NCBI RefSeq assembly: GCF_001194135.2 | Contig: NC_068984.1 | Span: 74,922,133-74,986,132 of the forward strand | Reading direction: 5' to 3' | Length of the DNA: 64,000 bases | Source: Octopus bimaculoides | Lineage: Eukaryota | Shown: in pieces, positions 1 to 13,295 of the stretch | Numbering within the stretch: position 1 is the first letter of the stretch | Layout: the number at the start of each line of letters is the position of its first letter | Position numbers and translations under genes: made by a program | The notes under the pieces: generated by a model | The model's input: only the letters and a program-made list of their open reading frames with translations | The model's database searches: none | Told to the model about the DNA's origin: nothing

Positions 1-188
1 GTTTATCTTTATTTTAATATGGTAGGGTTGTGATTTCCAGTACGTTGCCATATAGGGATTCGCTTAATAGGCATACACCTGAACTTCTAACTTCAACTAG
101 TGAAAAAGTATGTCTTATTAATTCAATAAATGTAGTGTTTAATTTAAAAAATATTTTGTTTATTTTCTTTTCCTTTTACCACTTTCAG

Positions 189-230
189 TTCGTTCCAGCG
201 ATACAGCTTTTATCCCTGCAGCCACCAAAA
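189..230 (+). CDS. Micro-exon A (42 nt, phase 1-1): [14 protein letters not shown]
   Basis: Acceptor ttttcttttccttttaccactttcag, donor gtaagt at 231. Confidence 0.75.
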
Positions 231-658
231 GTAAGTTGGTAAACATACATATATATGTATACGTGTGTGTATGTGTGCGTAAATTGATGCTTAAAATCAA
301 ATTTCACTAGAAATTATTTCACGTGTTCATCAAAGAATCCATTTTATGCTATTTAATGTAGTGGTTGCAACGAAAATTACAAAAGACAAACAAAATTTTG
401 AGAAACAGACTCAGTATTCATAGGCAACATATACGAGATCCTAATACTAGACAGATTGCTCTAGGTGAACATTTAAACTTATGAGTAACAAAAAATCACC
501 GAAATTCCTTCTCACTTAACTTTTGTTCTGTGAAAAACAAGATCAAATACACACACTCACACACACACTCACACACACACACAACACACACACACATATA
601 TATATATATTATATATATACATAGATACACGCACACACACATACATATACACATACAT

Positions 659-692
<34 letters not shown>

Positions 693-971
693 CAACCAAG
701 CAGCATGCGGATTGGTCAAAACCGTATTCCAAAACTTTAGGTTGCTGGAGCGTTCTAAGAGGTACTGCAGTTGTCAAGAACTCAACTGTCAATTAAATAC
801 ATTTTGAAACATGACGATTACTCCGAACGTATGGAGGCGCTAATCGATCTTTATGTACATTACAAAATATTCTTTTAATGTTAAAATTCAATGATAAAAA
901 AGGTGAAAACCAGGCCATGTTTTAACGTTATTCAACCGATATAATATTCTATACACATTCACACAAATTCA

Positions 972-1026
<55 letters not shown>

Positions 1027-4000
1027 CNNNNNNNNNNNNNNNNNNNNNNNNNNNNNNNNNNNNNNNNNNNNNNNNNNNNNNNNNNNNNNNNNNNNNNNNN
1101 NNNNNNNNNNNNNNNNNNNNNNNNNNNNNNNNNNNNNNNNNNNNNNNNNNNNNNNNNNNNNNNNNNNNNNNNNNNNNNNNNNNNNNNNNNNNNNNNNNNN
1201 NNNNNNNNNNNNNNNNNNNNNNNNNNNNNNNNNNNNNNNNNNNNNNNNNNNNNNNNNNNNNNNNNNNNNNNNNNNNNNNNNNNNNNNNNNNNNNNNNNNN
1301 NNNNNNNNNNNNNNNNNNNNNNNNNNNNNNNNNNNNNNNNNNNNNNNNNNNNNNNNNNNNNNNNNNNNNNNNNNNNNNNNNNNNNNNNNNNNNNNNNNNN
1401 NNNNNNNNNNNNNNNNNNNNNNNNNNNNNNNNNNNNNNNNNNNNNNNNNNNNNNNNNNNNNNNNNNNNNNNNNNNNNNNNNNNNNNNNNNNNNNNNNNNN
1501 NNNNNNNNNNNNNNNNNNNNNNNNNNNNNNNNNNNNNNNNNNNNNNNNNNNNNNNNNNNNNNNNNNNNNNNNNNNNNNNNNNNNNNNNNNNNNNNNNNNN
1601 NNNNNNNNNNNNNNNNNNNNNNNNNNNNNNNNNNNNNNNNNNNNNNNNNNNNNNNNNNNNNNNNNNNNNNNNNNNNNNNNNNNNNNNNNNNNNNNNNNNN
1701 NNNNNNNNNNNNNNNNNNNNNNNNNNNNNNNNNNNNNNNNNNNNNNNNNNNNNNNNNNNNNNNNNNNNNNNNNNNNNNNNNNNNNNNNNNNNNNNNNNNN
1801 NNNNNNNNNNNNNNNNNNNNNNNNNNNNNNNNNNNNNNNNNNNNNNNNNNNNNNNNNNNNNNNNNNNNNNNNNNNNNNNNNNNNNNNNNNNNNNNNNNNN
1901 NNNNNNNNGCTGCATGCGGATTGGTCAAAACCGTATTCCAAAACTTTAGCTTGTTGGAGCGTTCTAATAGCTACTACAGTTGTCAAGAACTCAACTGTCA
2001 ATTAAATACATTTTGAAACTTGATGATTACTCCGAACGTATGGAGGCGCTAATTGATCTTTATGTACATTACAAAATATTCTTTTAATGTTAAAATGCCA
2101 TAATAAAAAATGTGAAAACCAGGCCATGTTTTAACTTTATTCAACTGATATATTATTCTATACACATTCACACACATTCAGAAATTATATATATATATAT
2201 ACATATGCACATGTATATATATACACACACACACACATACACACATATATCATCTTCTTCCAGCTTTTTACGCATCTTAAATAAAAAGGAGAAATGGCCT
2301 TGACTTTGTAAGGATTGTGCCGAAGAGAACTGTCTTTTAAGATGACATGGTTACATTCCTCCAATTCTCGATGCAAACTTAATGTCAGCTGGGTTGACGA
2401 AAGCAGCAGCCAATTGTACATTGATATCTATATTTTATTGACGTACGTTTACTCATAGTAAGGAGAAGCCTTAAACTCAATGCAAACAAAGCTTGTTACA
2501 TATCTTTTGCAAGATTTGTAAGATATGCTCAATTTAATCGGCAAGATATCTTACGAAGTTAAAATCATATACATCACATGACGCTTTAGGTGTATGGTTG
2601 AATGTATATGTATGTATTAGATGTTTGGTTGAATGTATATGTATGTATTTCGGAGAGAGTGTTTGGTAATTAAGACAAAAACATTTAAGTGTTTGGCTGG
2701 ATGATGAATCACATCGTCACTCTCTCCAGATATTATCCGGCAAAATGTGTTTAATGTATTTAAACAAATGCAACGGAAAGAAGTTGAAGCACTCAGCCAA
2801 ACGTTTGCTGCGGATCTTTTTTAAAACGGGGGCCACATTTTTCATTAACGAAACACTTTGAAACTTGGAACACTGGTAGAATGTGTCATATAAAACATCT
2901 TTTTCTCTTAGTCTTCTTTTAAAAAAAAGAAATCCCTAAGTTATTCCATGTTAAAGTTGTCGTATTTCTGTAATTTCAACCAATCACTGACGTCCATTCC
3001 GCCCATATACATTAAGTGCCGACTACATAAACAAACGATTCTGAAACAATTCTATCGGTGATAGGGTTAGGGTTAGGGTTAGGGTAAAACAGCAAATTTA
3101 AAAAGACAAAAGAAAAACGAAGCTATGGAAATTAAATACGCTTTACACCGCTTAATCAGCCAAAGGAGTAAATGTAAACAACTGAATACTTGTCAGTGAT
3201 TGGTTAAAATTATCGAAATAAGACAATTTTTTACATGAAATAAATTCGAATCCAAAAATATTTTTCTGTTCTATAACACAAAATAGATAAGTATACGAAG
3301 TTTGAAAGTCTTTCGGTACCAAAAACACTACGTAAAACATTAATGAAAAATGTGGCCCCCATTTTAAAAAAGATCCTTTGCTGCTACTTGTGAATAGTTT
3401 GGAATATTCATGAAACAGTATAGATATTCATGAAACAGTACAATTTTCATATAATTCGGATTTCGAAGGGTATCTCTATATATAAGAATCGGAATTTCTA
3501 GCACAACTGGAAGACGTTATAGAAAAAAGGTAAATATTCAAGGCATTGATCAAACACAGCCTACAGAAGACACTTTCCAGAAATAACGCACAGTAGAACA
3601 CAGGACCACATCACTATGACGTTACTTTCATCACTACTCGAGCATATCTGGTAATTTATATTGTCAATAGTAACTGAATAGTTTAAGGTACGTGGAGGCG
3701 CAATGAACCAGTGGTTAGGGCAGCGGACTCGCGGTCATAGGATCGCGGTTTCGATTCCCAGACCGGGCATTGTGAGTGTTTATTGAGCGAAAACACCTAA
3801 AGCCCCACGAGGCTCCGGCAGTGGATGGTGGCGAACCCTGCTGTACTCTTTCACCACAACTTTATCTCACTCTTTCTTCCTGTTTCTGTTGTGCCTGTAA
3901 TTCAAAGGGTCAGCTTTGTCACACTGTGTCACGCTGAATATCCCCGAGAACTACGTTAAGGGTACACGTGTCTGTGGAGTGCTCAGCCACTTGCACGCTA

Positions 4001-4785
4001 ATTTCACGAGCAGATTGTTCCGTTGATCGGATCAACTCGAACCCTCGACGTCGTAAGCGACGGAGTGCCAACGACGACGACGAATTTAAGGTACATCTTT
4101 TTGTACCCTCATAGTTTCATAGTCTCAATTCTATATGGCCTCTGCATCTTCAAGAACATCAAGATTATTTTCTTCGTGTAGCCAATTCTAATCTTGATTT
4201 CTGGTGTAGACAAAACTATTCCTGTTTGTGTAAGCTAAAAGTTAATACGCAAAATATCTATGCTTTGTAAGGTAATGATTAATATTGATTTCTAGCATTT
4301 ACAAAATATTCTTATATTTGTAAGACAATAATTCATACTGAATTATAAAATATACAAAAGATTCATCTCATTCTAAGCTAATATTGATTCAAAAGAAAGA
4401 AAAAAATGTTGTTTAAGGCAATGATCCGTAATGATGAACGAAAGGCCGCAATTTTTTGTTCGGAATACAATCGAATTAATCAAGAGCCTGAATTCTTTGA
4501 AATTAAAATGTACAGTGACCTGGCAGCTCTATGGTTTCTATCTCTCAAAGTCATCAAAGAAATACTTTATATAAATTATTATAAATTGTATTTATTCTCT
4601 GAAGTGACTTAAGCTATTTCCTCCAATTCTAGATTCTTTCAAAGGTGAAGTTGATACTGTTGCAGCTGAAAGCGGTAAGTCCTTTGATATACATGTCTGT
4701 GTGTGCGTATGTGTGTGTGTGCGCGCGCGCACGAGGGTGCGCGTGGGTAAGCGTGGGTAAGCGTAGGTGTGTGGTGTGCGTGTGC

Positions 4786-4827
<42 letters not shown>

Positions 4828-7800
4828 TATGTGCGTGTGTGTGTGTGTGCATGCGTGCGCGTGCATGTGCAAGTATGCATGTATTTATGGATGGATGGAT
4901 GCATGTATGGGTGGATGGATGGATGGATGGATGGATGGATGGATGGATGGATGGATGGATGGATGGATGTTGTATGTATGTCTGTGAACTTCAAATTATC
5001 GTGACTGAGATGTGAATAAGACCATGTCCTGAAAAAACAACCGATAGTTACATGCGCAGATAGAACAGTATTTCGATGACTCAACAAACCTTTAGCATTT
5101 CCAAAAGCAATGACACTCCACGGTTCATAATTCAAAATGAAATGCATCCTTTTTTTCTTTTAATAGACATAAATGTTTTGCATTACCGTGTAAGCAATTT
5201 GTTACACTAAGATTTTTATCTCTACGCATTCAGAAAAGCACTACGAATTGACTATTCTACAAATCAATCTATTTAATTATTGCCATGTTGTTGAGTAACA
5301 TGTTCAAAATACATATTTCTTATATCCGCTAAAAGTAACTTTCATTGAATTGTTATACAATAGTCATAACATATAGTTCTTTATGGAAAGGAAAACCAGA
5401 ATCTTAATGTTAAACCAACACTCTGGTCTAATATCGATAATTGTAATGGCGAAATCTTTTTCATCCACTAAGCATCATTGCGCCTTAGAGTTCAGTATTA
5501 TTCTGGTATCTAGATCCCTAATTTCAGTGAATTCTCTTTTGAAATGCAATACTTTCAAAAGAAGAAATTTAGAGATATATACATAGACGTCTACAATATT
5601 GAATTGACTCAAACCGCAGAATGATTAGATTCCAATGTCGTGAAACTATTTAAAAACGGCAGCACTGATGCTCCATTGTAATTTACAGGATAAAAGTTTG
5701 ACGAATATCATTGTTGACCATTCCCAGTTTACTGTTGAAGTTGTTGATTTTAAGAGACAGGAACTTATAAAGAGTATATCTTTCTTCATGTAAAGGCTGA
5801 TTGCATAGATATTACCCGACCTGCACACACATGCACGCGTGTGCATACATACGCGCGCGCGCGCAAACACAGACAGATACAGATACACATATGAAAGCGC
5901 GTGGCCTAGTAGTTAGATTATAAAGATGGAACAACCAACATAGTTTCTGAGAATGGACAGGTACAATTTTTTCTAGATGAAGAAGGGCACTGTAACGGAT
6001 GAAGTAGGTATTTTCTTGGCAAATAATGAGATAAGGTAGTTATAAGTAAGTGGTAGAATAATTAAGCTTAGAATAGTCATAAACAACATGACTTTGAAAT
6101 ATATGCTACAATCAGAATTGACAGATGAACAAAAGGGCCGCTTTTGTGAGGTCTTCTTTCAGAATATCTTGATCATGCATGATAACGAATACATTACTAT
6201 GGTTGAGGATTTTCATGGACATGTTGGGAAACACCATGATAGTTAGGTACTTCGACATGTATGAAGTCTATAGAAATGGAACGAGGAATACGAAGAATCA
6301 AGTCGGAGTTTTGTGTCGCAAACTGCTAAATCATTTTCAAATTAACTCCAGAAAAATAACCAGCCATCCGATCGCGTGCTACTCTGTTTCTGTGTGCCAA
6401 ACAGTCTTCGTCGTTACTAAGAAATGATACAGAATATATAGAGGATTGGGAATAATGCGTCTTTTCTTGGTGAAGAATGTACTGCTCAACATAGATTAGT
6501 GAATTCGGAGTTCAGAGTACAGACACTTCGGAATCTTGGCGTAAGAAAGTATGGAAACAGAAACATCCTTCTGCTAAACATAGGCTCTGAGAGGTTCTAA
6601 GTGAAGCGTATAGCAAAAACGGAGGTAGAGATAGGGACTAAAAGCATAGAGATAGAGAACAACTAAGAGTATTCTCGAGACACGCTACATCCGGGCACTG
6701 ATATATCCACGATTGGAACAAGATACAAACTGTGATCTAATTGGATGCCAGATTTAATCCATTGCTCGGTTTAGTTTAACACCATCACCTGATACTTTGG
6801 CTGCCTTTAACATAATCCATTCTGTGGCAAGCATTCGAGCCAGGATTCCTGTTTAAGGATACCTTCTTTCCTCCCATCTTCCCATCAGTATCAGAGGACT
6901 TTTAAGAGTCCTCCCTACTGACTAAAAGATGAAAAAATAAAAACAACTATCTTCATTTTCAGAATTAACTTGTTTTATTTCTTCCATTTCTAGGTATTAC
7001 CAACACTTCTGGAGCAGCAAAAACAGAGAGTAAGTTAATGTTTTATCTATACTTTTCATTCAAAATCATGATCTTAATTACCTTATATTAACAAAAGATG
7101 ACCTTATCGTAAAGATACCGATAGTTACGCCATTAGACACGAATGTTTTTGTTCTTCAACGACTCTTTCACTGTTTCCTGAGATCAAGACATTCTACAAT
7201 GCTTTCCATGTACGTAGCCATCTTTCTAGAGAGATAACAGTTGCCTGTTTCTTACAAACGCTGAAATTATTTCTGATTGAGAAGTTACAACGCGGTAACA
7301 TGTCGTTCATTATGTGAAGCAGAGATCGGAGTTGATGGTAAATGGAAGTCTCATATTGATCATTGGGTGAATGTCTCAAGAGTCATTGTGAGGTTAATTA
7401 ATTATTATACTGGCGTAAAACTTCAGAATAATGCATTCGTTCTCTAGCTCTACTTAGTTCTAACTATGTAATCTTTTCTGCTCTAGATGCAAGGCCTGAA
7501 ATTTAGGGGCGAGGATAAGTCGATTATATAAACCCCAGTGCTCAACTGGTACTTGTTTTATTGACACCAAAGAGGAAAGTCGATATTGGAAGAATTTGAA
7601 CTTAGAACAAATACGCGCGAAATACCACTAAGCATTTTGTTACGCGTGCTAACGATGCTGCCAGCTCGGAGCACCGTTGTATAATCCTTTCTACTATAGA
7701 CACAAGGTCTGAAATTTTTAGGGATGGGACTAGTCGATTACATCGACCCAGTGTTTTACTGGTACTTAATTTTCTAGATGAAGAAGAGCACTGTAACGGA

Positions 7801-9668
7801 TGAAGTAGGTATTTTCTTGGCAAATTATCGACCCCGAAAGGATAAAAGGCAAAGTCGACCTGGGTGGAATTTGAAATCAGAACGTAGCGACGTGCGAAAT
7901 ACCGCTAAGCATTTCGTCCAGCGTGCTAACTATTCTGCCAGCTCGCCGCCTTAGAGCATCGTTATATAATGGTACAGTAAAACTTCGTCATATCGCGGTT
8001 CACCTATCGCGGTTCACNNNNNNNNNNNNNNNNNNNNNNNNNNNNNNNNNNNNNNNNNNNNNNNNNNNNNNNNNNNNNNNNNNNNNNNNNNNNNNNNNNN
8101 NNNNNNNNNNNNNNNNNNNNNNNNNNNNNNNNNNNNNNNNNNNNNNNNNNNNNNNNNNNNNNNNNNNNNNNNNNNNNNNNNNNNNNNNNNNNNNNNNNNN
8201 TTAATGATTTGTTGTTGTTGTTGTTGTTGTTGTTGTTCTTCTTCTTCTTCTTCTTCTTCTTCTTCTTCTTCTTCTTCTTCTTCTTCTTCTTCTTCTTCTT
8301 CTTCCTCCTCCTCCTCTGGTAATTGTCTTTTCATTGCTGTAAGTCAACTCTGACGAAGCAAATCTATCGAAAAAAGACGCCCAAGTCAAGAAAAAAATGT
8401 TCTTTTGATTTTCCACACACATACACACAATCTATATATATATTCTTTCACTCTTTTACTCTTCTACTTGTTTCAGTCATTTGACTGCGGCCATGCTAGA
8501 GCACTACCTATTAGACGAACGAATCGACCCTCAGGACTTATTCTTTGCAAGCCAAGTACTTATCCTATCGGTTTCTTTTGCCGAACCGCAAAGTTACGGG
8601 GACATAAAAACACCAACATCGGCTGTCAAGCGATGGTGGGGGGGGGGACAAACACAGAAACACAAACATACACATATATACACATATATATATACGACGG
8701 GCTTCTTTCAGTTTCCATCTACCAAATCCACTCACAAAGCTTTGGTCGGCTCGAGGCTATTGTAGAAGACACTTGCCCAAGGTGTCACGCAATGGGACTG
8801 AACCNNNNNNNNNNNNNNNNNNNNNNNNNNNNNNNNNNNNNNNNNNNNNNNNNNNNNNNNNNNNNNNNNNNNNNNNNNNNNNNNNNNNNNNNNNNNNNNN
8901 NNNNNNNNNNNNNNNNNNNNNNNNNNNNNNNNNNNNNNNNNNNNNNNNNNNNNNNNNNNNNNNNNNNNNNNNNNNNNNNNNNNNNNNNNNNNNNNNNNNN
9001 NNNNNNNNNNNNNNNNNNNNNNNNNNNNNNNNNNNNNNNNNNNNNNNNNNNNNNNNNNNNNNNNNNNNNNNNNNNNNNNNNNNNNNNNNNNNNNNNNNNN
9101 NNNNNNNNNNNNNNNNNNNNNNNNNNNNNNNNNNNNNNNNNNNNNNNNNNNNNNNNNNNNNNNNNNNNNNNNNNNNNNNNNNNNNNNNNNNNNNNNNNNN
9201 NNNNNNNNNNNNNNNNNNNNNNNNNNNNNNNNNNNNNNNNNNNNNNNNNNATATATATATATATATATATACTTGAAAACCAAGAGGAGAATGGAGATTT
9301 ATTCACATCCAAAACTTTTTTAATAAAACGTTTTCTACAGCATATAAAATAAAAATGACCAACATATGTTTCTACTGCAACAGCTCATTTCTTTGTATGT
9401 CATTATGCATCGTAATCGCTGTAATTTCATCAAGGGTTCATCACTTACGACGTTTTCAAAGTGAACTAATTCACACAAGTTTCCTGCGTTGATATTCAGT
9501 TTGAGGTTATAGCGTTACTTTCTGAATCGAATTGAATACTAATCACCTCTACTGCTATTACAGTTGAATCGTGGTTCTAAAATGTTCATTGATATTACAG
9601 TTAATTGTAGAAGTTTTGTTTACATTTTACTGTATGGAGTACATTATTCAGTTAATATCATTGTTATT

Positions 9669-9738
<70 letters not shown>

Positions 9739-11832
9739 TTACTAGTAGTATTTACATGAATATCATTAATTATCACAATCATTATTTTAACTAGTATAAT
9801 TACTATAGATGGTAAGTTATTTTTATTTAAATCGTTTAAATGTATATTTTGTCCAGTGTGGACATCTCGTAGCATGTTCTATTCTAGTGTTTATAAGAGT
9901 AAATTTAGAAGTGAACATTTAGCACATTTCTTCTGCACAAAAGTCACATATATTATCACTATTCTATATGGTTTTGCCTTACTAATTATTTCTCAAGGAA
10001 TGGAAAATACTTTTTTACTACTTGTTAGTGCCCAAATTAGCTTACCAAGGCTGGTAGCATTCATTGTGTTCCTATTTCTAAACAAACTTAAATGATTGGC
10101 AATTCTTTGCTTAATATAACATGAGTTAGCTTCTATATATAAAATACTCACTATTCTCTGAGGTAATCTTACATCTGTATACGATATTTTTATGCCTACA
10201 ATTAGAGTTAAGCGGTCAGACCCTGTTCCTTGCACAATAGCATTTAATAGTTCTACTACTTCTATTAACAGTATCCGCTTCACGTTCTCAAGATGTAATT
10301 TCTATATTTTTCTGCCTATCTTCTAAGCTATTAGTCTTTTGCACATAGACAGCATTCTGAGTGCTCTGCTTTTAGGATTCACATCTTTTTCTTCCAGGCG
10401 AATGGGGGAGTTCACTCGGGTCTTTTCTATTTTATTGGTTGTCAAACCAGAGTTCCTATCCTGATACCTAATTCTGTTACTTATGGTTTGTTCGCTCATG
10501 TTGACATTGTTGATATTTATTGATCTATAATTATAATTCGGGCTACTATTATTGCTATTGTTCATATGGAAACTGTTAAATTTACTAGTGTTGTGTGTTG
10601 CTATAAATTGTGATAAATTTTTGCTTTTAGGAAAAGTTAATCTATGTTATTAAAATTCTATAGTATTTACTGTCTTTTGGAAAATGTTTGGTCAATGCCA
10701 TATAAAACAATTTTGGTATATTGGAAATAATTTGTTTTCCAAAAGGAATTATATACAATTCGATACAACTAGAGGTATTTATGTTATTGAGGTATATATT
10801 TCTATTTCGACCTAAACTTTTTGTAAAAGTGTGTAATCTATTTATTTGGTTCTTATTACGACATTGGGTTTGTTTGCTTTTATATTTGTCATTATATGTT
10901 ATATGTGTCAGTTATTTGTATCGTATTATTTACAGAGCTTATGTATTGTTTACCTCCCCTATTTGAATAGGACTTCTTAGTAGGTCCATTCATATTTAAG
11001 CCACTCTGTTCTTTATTTGGCACAGATTCATGTAAATTTCTACTCTTCTTTTTGTTTCTAGGTACTCTGTTGTTATATTCTAATTGCACAGACTTCCTAT
11101 TTTTAACTCTTCCTACTATCCGTTCTTTTTGGTTAGTGGTGTTCTTCATATTATGCATACTATTTTGATTATTGTCGGGATGGTCCATCCCATTACTTAT
11201 TTTTATTATTACTACTACTAAAGAATTTTAATTTTTCTCTAAATCCCACCTTCTCTAATGCTAAATTATGAAAGTCCTCATTTAGTTTAAATACTTCTTC
11301 GTTCGCTTGAGAGGTTAGTAATGCGGATTGTTATATTTTCTACTGTAGATTAGGTTATACTTTTTGAGTGATTGCTATTTTTATGAATGCGTCTAAGGTT
11401 CGTATTGGATGTATGGTATGGCCTGTATATACCTGTATTTAAATCTAAATTAACATCAAGAAAGTTACCTGAGTTATGCTCCTCTTCTATTGATATTTGA
11501 AGTCCTGTGTTTTTAATGAACCTAAAACATTTTTACTAGATTTTCCTGTGTCCCCATTTGAGGGGTTAAACAGGGGGAAAATAGTATCATCCCTGTATAG
11601 ACCCCTCCTATTTCAGGAAGTTCTTTATACGGGCAGAATAAAATGTACATCCCTACTAGGTTCGTTACCTGTGAAGAGTCTGTCGACCCCATAGTTAAAT
11701 TGAATATCTCTGGTCTAACCTTTATATATCATTTTTTCAGTCTGCGAAGAAATGACTAAAATTTCTGTTTATAATTACACCATATGTTACCCATATATAT
11801 ATATATATATATTTACATATGTGTGTGTGTCT

Positions 11833-11864
<32 letters not shown>

Positions 11865-13250
11865 ACATACATATATATGTATACACGACGAGTTTCGTGT
11901 ACCAAATCCACTCACAAGGCTTTGGTGCACACGAGTTTATAATAAAAACACTTGCCCAAGATATGACACAGTGGGACTGAACTGAAGATCTCATTGTTGT
12001 GTGTGTGTGTGTCTGTGTTTGTCTACCCCACCACTGTTTACAACCGGTATTGGTGTGTTTACGTCTCTGTTACCAGCGGTTCGACAAAAGAGATCGATTG
12101 AATAAGTACCAGGCTTTAAAAAAGTATTAGGATCGATTCATTCGATTAAAAATTCTTCAAGGCGATGCCCCAGCATGGCCACAGTCTAATGACTGAAACA
12201 AGTAAAAGGTAAAAGATAAACACTAACCAATACAGAATTTTCATTCCTTCACATCAATTATGCATACTCAGACAAACAATGAAGAACTAGGTTGAAGGTC
12301 CTGACTCCATCAACTCAGAACTTAATTTTTAGCAGCGTTATCAACAGCAGTAGAATAAAGCAACTCCATCATATTATTGATGCATTTTTTAAAACAAAAG
12401 GGTTATGAATGTCTGAATTTACCACGGAAATTTTTCAGTATTTAAACTCAAACCAGACTTTAATACAAGAAATTTCCTCTAGAACTCAGTTATTAATGCT
12501 AATTTATCGACCAAATTGGCAGAGTTGTTAGAGCATCGGACAAAATGCTTAGTGGCATTTCTTTCCGGCGTTACGTTCTGGTTCAAATTCCGGTGAGATC
12601 GATTTTGTATTTCATCCTTTCCGGGTCGATAAAGTAAGTAGCAGTTGAGTGCTGAAGTTGATGTAATGGACTGGCCTTCTTCTCTAAAAAATTCAGTCCT
12701 TGAGCAGAAAGGAAAAAAAGATTATTGACCTAGCAAAATAAAATAGTGCTGTCTTTTGTGACGTGGCCACGAAACACCAATAGTGACGAATAGGAATTGT
12801 GATTGTAGTATTTTTTTTTTCTCATGACATAAATGGTGCAATTGAAGTAAAATATTTTCAATCAGGAACTGATTCCTTATTGTAGTCATAACTTATTGCA
12901 ATAATATATATTTGTCTACGAAAATATCTGTTTCCGTTAAAGGTTAAAGTCCGTTGGTTCTATTAATTTACTTTTTATAATTTTAATATCCAAAAAGATG
13001 AAATGCAAAATTGATTCCGGTGGAGCAGGAACTCAGAACGTAAAAAGGCTTGCTAAAATAAATAAATAAAATAAAATTGTCCGCTGTATTTATTGTGATA
13101 CTCTACCGATTCTGTTACCATTATTAACGGAATATTTCTTATTTGTTATTATATCTTTGTTTTAACAACTAACTTATAATGTAATTCTTTTTCAATTCTA
13201 GATATAACTGCTGCTGCTGCTGCTGTTTCAGAGGGTAAGTTGATACGCGT

Positions 13251-13295
<45 letters not shown>

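Noticed and set aside
3062-3085. Telomere or chromosome-fusion site
   Set aside because: Only four units and enclosed by MITE TIRs and TSD.
3692-3770. tRNA genes at SINE heads
   Set aside because: A/B boxes are present but they run into SINE bodies with TSDs; no complete cloverleaf.
496-5147. ORF-track proteins rich in HT, CV, YI or MDGW repeats and X-runs, here and throughout the window
   Set aside because: Translations of microsatellites and N gaps.
5167-5189. Exon-like segment with good acceptor and gtaagc donor
   Set aside because: 23 nt would shift the frame; the 21-nt in-frame version needs a poor donor (gtgtaa). Kept as a counter-example showing that pseudo-exons occur here.
9809-9811. 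Possible 3-nt exon (tag|atg|gtaagt)
   Set aside because: No pyrimidine tract and it lies at the Penelope 3' end; longer versions contain a stop.
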